In this document: piece by piece, positions 59,257 to 64,000 of the stretch
Position numbering within the stretch: position 1 is the first letter of the stretch
Layout of the letters: each line of letters starts with the position of its first letter
Assembly (NCBI GenBank): GCA_964230645.1
Contig: CAXRHT010000003.1
Span: 672,001 to 736,000, forward strand
Direction: 5' to 3'
DNA: 64,000 nt
Origin: Bdellovibrionales bacterium
Lineage (GTDB): Bacteria; Bdellovibrionota; Bdellovibrionia; Bdellovibrionales; JAGQZY01
Program-made: the position numbers and the translations under genes
The notes under the pieces: generated by a model
What the model was told of the DNA's origin: nothing
Databases searched by the model: none
What the model saw: the letters and a program-made list of their open reading frames with translations, nothing else

Positions 59257-60048
59257 GTGTTTTTTAAACAGGACGGATCATTCAATCTCAAGATGATACA
59301 AAAAACTTTGATAGTGTTTGTATTGATCATATTGAGTTTTTCATCCTCGTTTGCGGAAGTCACAAACAACGGCACTGACGAAGTTCAGTTTCCAAACTTT
59401 TCTCATCAAGACCCACAGGTTATGGAAGTCTTAGAAGGTCTCGATGCTCAAGAGTTAATAGATAGTCAGATCACTCAAGCTCAAAATACACTAGCGACAG
59501 TTGTATTGACGATGAGAATTAAATACATTGAAACTCTTTTTTGGCTTCAAGAATATGAATGTCTCGAAGAGAACTCTACTACAGAGACATGTAACCTATT
59601 GCAAAGACAAATTTCAAATTTGGGTAGAAGAATTGGTGAGTTTTCAGCTCTTATTGCTTCCATAGCTCCTCTGGCTGTTGCGAAATTTATTTCAGGAAGG
59701 CGTTTTGGTAGTCAAATTAGTGTTGAGGCCTCGATTCGTCCAAGGCCTGTCTTTCGCCTCACTCGAACAGGTCGATTAAGCTCTTTACTGACCAGTGCTT
59801 CTATCTGGACAACAGCAGCTATATCCACCCACTTTATTCACGAAAACGTCGTTTTAATTAAACATATGTCTGAGGAAGAGCAAAGAGTTCTCCTGCAAGA
59901 GCTACGTGTGGCTCGTTCTGCTTTACAAGTTGTTGATTTACCAACCTTCCGCCAAGCGACGATCGCTTTTGGAGCTCGTTTATCTGAAAGCGAAATCAAC
60001 CAAACAATGCAAGTGTACAGACAAGCAACTACGGGAGGGACTCCATGA
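59257..60048 (+). CDS. Secreted hypothetical protein A (paralog of 61405-62175)
   Basis: AAGGAG RBS, signal ending SFA-EVT, central hydrophobic segments. Confidence 0.75.
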   Translation: MFFKQDGSFNLKMIQKTLIVFVLIILSFSSSFAEVTNNGTDEVQFPNFSHQDPQVMEVLEGLDAQELIDSQITQAQNTLATVVLTMRIKYIETLFWLQEYECLEENSTTETCNLLQRQISNLGRRIGEFSALIASIAPLAVAKFISGRRFGSQISVEASIRPRPVFRLTRTGRLSSLLTSASIWTTAAISTHFIHENVVLIKHMSEEEQRVLLQELRVARSALQVVDLPTFRQATIAFGARLSESEINQTMQVYRQATTGGTP

Positions 60049-61352
60049 AGCAGATAGTTTTTTTACTGGTATTCTTCCTTTACTCATTTTCATGGGCCGA
60101 ACTTAGAAATGCCTACGAGGGACGCGAGAATCCAACCCAAATTGCTCAATTGATTTGTATGGAGGAGATGGAGCGCCATCACAACGATAGGTATATTGAG
60201 GTGTTCAATAACTATTCCAACCATAACACCCCGGAGAACGAACAAGCTTTTCGCGACTACACTCATACATTAGAAGAATTCCGAAGTGAGCGAGAAGAGT
60301 ACCTTGGTGATTTAAACTCTTTGATGGGGCGACGATATGGCTTGTTCGACAATCGATTCAATAGAGATGTTCAGGCCGGAGTTCTCACTAGAAATATCGC
60401 TCAGGACGGATTCAGAAAAGCCATTCGTGACAGGAGCATGGCGGGTGTGCTGACGACTCCCGCACGTTGGGTGGGGCGTGAAGTTCTTGGCTCTGAACCC
60501 TCGGGGCGTTGGGAGAGAGATCAGGATGGGTATTCAGTATATTTAGCTGATATTATAGCAAGTGAGCCTTTTATAAATGAACTAGCCAGCTGCCAAAGAC
60601 GATTCGATACTCAAATTCCAGACCTGTTTTACAACGTGGCAAGAACAGCCGGAGTCCATGATCGCCTAGGTGACAGAGTGGCTCGAATCGGAAGTGCTGT
60701 TTTAGGTTTTATTGGTGGTGGTAGGATTTTAGCGGCCGCTGGTCGAAGTGTTCCGAGTGTAGCCGCCAGAGTACCTGGAATTGGCCGTCCTTTACAAAGT
60801 GGCGCCCTGTGGACAGGGAGGCAATTGCAGAGAGTTCCTAATTGGGCCCGGCATACGGCTGTGGCTTCAGCTGCTATAGCTACCGTTTTTCCAGAAATTC
60901 GCAGAGAAGTTCGAGAACAACTGCGAAACCTCATGTTTTTAAGGTCTGGAGATGCAAACGATCTTGGTAACTTCAGGCATCCTGATCTATGGAGAGATTT
61001 TTACGACGATACTGTTAATCTGTATCGAATGAGTCAGAGGTATAATGATGCTGGTAACAACGAAGAAAAAATTCAAATTCTACACAATATGATGTGTTTG
61101 GCACGAGCGGAAATGGTTTACGAAAACCCAGGCTCTCGTCCACCAATTCTTAGTGCCAGGCAAAGACTAGAAAGTATTTTGCACTTCTTTAACGAGGGTG
61201 AAGGACTTTCTGATGTCGAGCAAGCTGTATACGAACATTTAATTTGGACAGAGAACGCTCTCAACGCTATTGAAGAGACTATTCCCACTGATGCAATCAA
61301 TGATTGCGAACGTTCTGAGAGTGATAATGGTGGGGGTAGCGTGACATATTAA
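60045..61352 (+). CDS. Secreted hypothetical protein B
   Basis: ATGA coupling to A, signal ending SWA-E, Gly/Ala-rich hydrophobic core. Confidence 0.78.
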   Translation: MKQIVFLLVFFLYSFSWAELRNAYEGRENPTQIAQLICMEEMERHHNDRYIEVFNNYSNHNTPENEQAFRDYTHTLEEFRSEREEYLGDLNSLMGRRYGLFDNRFNRDVQAGVLTRNIAQDGFRKAIRDRSMAGVLTTPARWVGREVLGSEPSGRWERDQDGYSVYLADIIASEPFINELASCQRRFDTQIPDLFYNVARTAGVHDRLGDRVARIGSAVLGFIGGGRILAAAGRSVPSVAARVPGIGRPLQSGALWTGRQLQRVPNWARHTAVASAAIATVFPEIRREVREQLRNLMFLRSGDANDLGNFRHPDLWRDFYDDTVNLYRMSQRYNDAGNNEEKIQILHNMMCLARAEMVYENPGSRPPILSARQRLESILHFFNEGEGLSDVEQAVYEHLIWTENALNAIEETIPTDAINDCERSESDNGGGSVTY

Positions 61353-61404
61353 AAATTAAAATAAAAAAATGAAGTTTAACTATTAATTTATTTATAAAAG
61401 AGAA

Positions 61405-62175
61405 ATGGAGAATAAAATGAATAACTTAAAATACTTATTAATATTACTTTTAACTTTTCAAGTCAGTTTTTCTCAAGCTGAAGTAACTGGATCTGACTCA
61501 GAAGAGTATGCTTTGCCAGCCTTTGAGCAAAACCGCGCCATCGACAGAGCGGAGCAACTCCTTGAGGAAGGCAATGGAAGTCGATCTAATGCCTTTCGAG
61601 AGCTAATGACTCTTGCTTTAAGAGCTAAACTTCGCTGGCACCAACTAGCTATGTTTCATGCAGGTGAGTGTCAGGGGCATATGACGCCAGATATTTATGA
61701 AAGATGCTATGAAGCTAATTTTGCATTAAAGCTCTTAAGAGGAACTTTGCATGAGATTAAAAACTCAATAATTGCCCTTCCTGGTATCGGTGCTGCCGGC
61801 TTAGCCGTAGCAACTTCTCGTTGGCTTTCAAGTAAGGTCAGTGAGAGTGGTTTAGGGCGCGTTGTTCACACTATTGGAAATCGTTGGGTGGTTTCGAGCG
61901 GAGTTGGAGCAGTCGGTGCTTGGGCTTACGTGAGACGATTGCAAAGGTTGCCTGAAGAAGAGCAGCAGCAGATCTCCAGAGAATTGAATTTAGCAATCAA
62001 CGCCCTTGAGGTAACTGACCGATGGACGGTTACAGGTGTTGCGGACTTAATGAGAGTTGAGGCTGTTCGTTCACCTGAATCAATGAGAATTTTCAGTCGC
62101 TATAGAAATCATAGTGCAGTGAATGCGATTGATGAACTATACGGTCGCGTGTTTGCCGGTGATCAATCGCAGTAA
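61405..62175 (+). CDS. Secreted hypothetical protein C (paralog of 59257-60048)
   Basis: Signal ending SQA-EVT, two Gly/Ala-rich hydrophobic segments. Confidence 0.75.
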   Translation: MENKMNNLKYLLILLLTFQVSFSQAEVTGSDSEEYALPAFEQNRAIDRAEQLLEEGNGSRSNAFRELMTLALRAKLRWHQLAMFHAGECQGHMTPDIYERCYEANFALKLLRGTLHEIKNSIIALPGIGAAGLAVATSRWLSSKVSESGLGRVVHTIGNRWVVSSGVGAVGAWAYVRRLQRLPEEEQQQISRELNLAINALEVTDRWTVTGVADLMRVEAVRSPESMRIFSRYRNHSAVNAIDELYGRVFAGDQSQ

Positions 62176-62200
62176 TAACTTTCTGTTCAAATATTTATTT

Positions 62201-62229
62201 AAAAAGGCCACGTTTAGTGGCCTTTTTTT
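62201..62229 (+). terminator. Intrinsic terminator
   Basis: aaaaaggccac-gttta-gtggcc followed by T7. Confidence 0.8.
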
Positions 62230-62308
62230 GTTCCGTAGATCGAAATTACCGGGGGCCATTTTTTTAACTTATAGTTGTTTTTCTAAAAAAAAACTTCAAT
62301 ATATAGGC

Positions 62309-62815
62309 ATGTCCTTAGATAAAGAAAAAATTAAAAATATAAAGATGCTAGTTATGGATGTGGACGGCATAATGACGGATTCACGTATCATTCTGGACTC
62401 TAGTTTAGGTTGGAAAAGATTTTTTTCCGTTAGGGACGGAATAGGAATTGTTGAGCTACGGCACCGGGGCTACAAAACGGCTGTGATAACTGGAGCGAAT
62501 TCTGAAGATGTTCGCAAAAGAATGCAACATCTTAAGATTGATTATTTTTTTGAAAACAAAAGAGACAAAGGTCCAGCCTTTGAAGAGTTAAAAAAAGTGA
62601 GTGGTTTCAGCAACGAACAGATCGCTTATATAGGGGATGATATCTTCGATATACCCCTTTTGAAGCTGGCCGGATTTTCAGCAACGGTTCCAGAAGCAGT
62701 TGAAGAAGTGATCAATGAGTGTGATTATATTACCAATCGAGGTGGAGGTTATGGGGCTGTCCGTGACCTATGCCAAATTATTCTAAAGCATGGTTTCTTC
62801 AGTGGGGAGTCTTAA
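62309..62815 (+). CDS. kdsC: KDO-8-phosphate phosphatase (HAD)
   Basis: MDVDGIMTD, F.VRDGIG, YIGDDIFD, GGYGAVRD; start trimmed to MSLDK. Confidence 0.92.
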   Translation: MSLDKEKIKNIKMLVMDVDGIMTDSRIILDSSLGWKRFFSVRDGIGIVELRHRGYKTAVITGANSEDVRKRMQHLKIDYFFENKRDKGPAFEELKKVSGFSNEQIAYIGDDIFDIPLLKLAGFSATVPEAVEEVINECDYITNRGGGYGAVRDLCQIILKHGFFSGES

Positions 62816-63588
62816 TGAAAACGATAATGCTAATCCTATCTCTATTTCTCGTCAGTCAAGTTCATGCCGTTACGATTGAATTTCCAGAAGATGAGTTGGC
62901 TCAAGAGTCGGTACTTCCAGTGTTTGACAACGCCGTAGCTGTAAAGTCTCGTACGGTCCCAACAGCCGGAAAAGTCGAACTTGGTCTTGGACTTGGAACT
63001 ATAATGAATGAGCCTTTTTTCAATTCCTCTCGCTTCGGAGGACATTTGGCCTATCATTTTACCGAAACCCATGGTGTTTTTCTACAAGGTCAAATGTATG
63101 CCGATGGACTTGGTAGTAACGGTAAAACCTTGGCGCAAAAGGATTTAGTGGATAACCCCAATCGAGAGCTATTCATTAGAATGGAACACGCCCCTCAGCC
63201 AAAATACCATCTTTTAGCGAACTATCAGATCACTCCTTATTATGGGAAAATTTCTGTCTTTAAAGACTTTGTTATGAATCTCTCTCTTTATGGGCTTGTT
63301 GGCGTAGGGACAATAGCTATAGGAGATACGATGGCTCCCGCTCTTAACCTGGGGATTGGTCAAAAATTCTATTTTGGAAAAAGGTGGGGATTTCGTGTCG
63401 ATTTAGGGCTTCTAGCCTACGAGGGTGTTAACTACTTTCGAGCTTCCGACGGAGGGGCTTCGCCATTAGCTGATACCATCGAGCCTGGAAATGGTGTTGA
63501 TGTCACTGAAGAAGTTTCAGTCAGCGAATTTGAACGTCAAATGAATTACGACATGCATTTCACGGCAGCACTAATAATTTTGCTTTAA
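62815..63588 (+). CDS. Outer-membrane beta-barrel domain protein (myxobacterial/Bdellovibrio gliding-associated type)
   Basis: Signal peptide, AVKSR.V...KVE, YHFTETHG, TPYYGKIS, GIGQKFY. Confidence 0.75.
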   Translation: MKTIMLILSLFLVSQVHAVTIEFPEDELAQESVLPVFDNAVAVKSRTVPTAGKVELGLGLGTIMNEPFFNSSRFGGHLAYHFTETHGVFLQGQMYADGLGSNGKTLAQKDLVDNPNRELFIRMEHAPQPKYHLLANYQITPYYGKISVFKDFVMNLSLYGLVGVGTIAIGDTMAPALNLGIGQKFYFGKRWGFRVDLGLLAYEGVNYFRASDGGASPLADTIEPGNGVDVTEEVSVSEFERQMNYDMHFTAALIILL

Positions 63589-63726
63589 CAAAATGTAACA
63601 TAAGTGTTGGTCCTTGTGTTTAAAATTGGAGGACATCTGGAATTGGTCCAGTTATTTTCTATAAGTCTACAAAACCCTTAAACTTTTCTATAATCTGATT
63701 GGAGACTGATTAGGTTAGGTTGTTAT

Positions 63727-64000
63727 ATGAAGCACATAATTTTTGTTTTTCTTCTTTGTTTTTCCTCTTTTGCTTTCGCGCAAGACGACAACTCTATTGA
63801 TGATATTGAAGGGCTGTTTGATCGCGAAGAAAAAGCTGATGAGCGCCGTTCTGAGCGGGAAGCCGAACGTCGCGAAAAACAAGCGGCAAAAGATAAAGCT
63901 CCCGATCCCAAAGAGATTGAAGATCTTAAGCAACTCGAGACCTTCGATGATATAGCGGTGATTCAGAGACGCTATCTTCCCAAGACAGGCCGATTTGAAT
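63727..64000 (+). CDS. Outer-membrane beta-barrel domain protein, N-terminal part (runs off the window)
   Basis: MKHIIFVFLLCFSSFAFAQ signal, then IAVIQRRYLPKTGRFE typical of the same family; open to the window end. Confidence 0.7.
   Translation, partial: MKHIIFVFLLCFSSFAFAQDDNSIDDIEGLFDREEKADERRSEREAERREKQAAKDKAPDPKEIEDLKQLETFDDIAVIQRRYLPKTGRFE

Noticed and set aside
1..64000. tRNA, rRNA, transposase or reverse transcriptase genes
   Set aside because: No cloverleaf, rRNA-like stretch or catalytic motifs seen by eye; a tRNAscan-SE/Infernal run would be needed to exclude small RNAs.

Overview
Bacterial chromosome segment of moderate GC that most resembles a Bdellovibrionota predator. Supporting signs are an FHA-GGDEF DgcB-like cyclase next to pgi, FQNC-type lipoproteins, paired myxobacterial-type OM beta-barrels, and many sigma54/sigma28 promoters. 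Housekeeping genes (rlmN, hldA/rfaE1, gdhA, pyrD, mutT, HU/IHF, pgi, pfkA, phoH, argGH, cpaF, eno, ftsB, polA, htpX, engB, kdsB-pyrG-kdsD...kdsC) are interleaved with accessory blocks of secreted proteins. I saw no rRNA, tRNA, CRISPR array, transposase or integrase. Most interesting: (1) four long, near-perfect intergenic inverted repeats with unrelated arm sequences plus one REP-like cluster, each next to a local zone of extreme strand-specific A/C (or G/T) bias at synonymous codon positions; (2) a sigma54-preceded three-gene cluster of almost lysine-free secreted proteins with hydrophobic hairpins, splitting the kdsD-kdsC operon; (3) a Tat-exported RCC1 propeller beside two glycosyltransferases, sharing an IPF(S/G)F mature N-terminal motif with a nearby DUF1566 protein; (4) a VWA-like lipoprotein carrying an unfamiliar 4-Cys tandem repeat; (5) a recurring GTCTCA-N3-TGAGAC-like palindromic site. 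All calls come from reading the sequence by eye; no database search was run.
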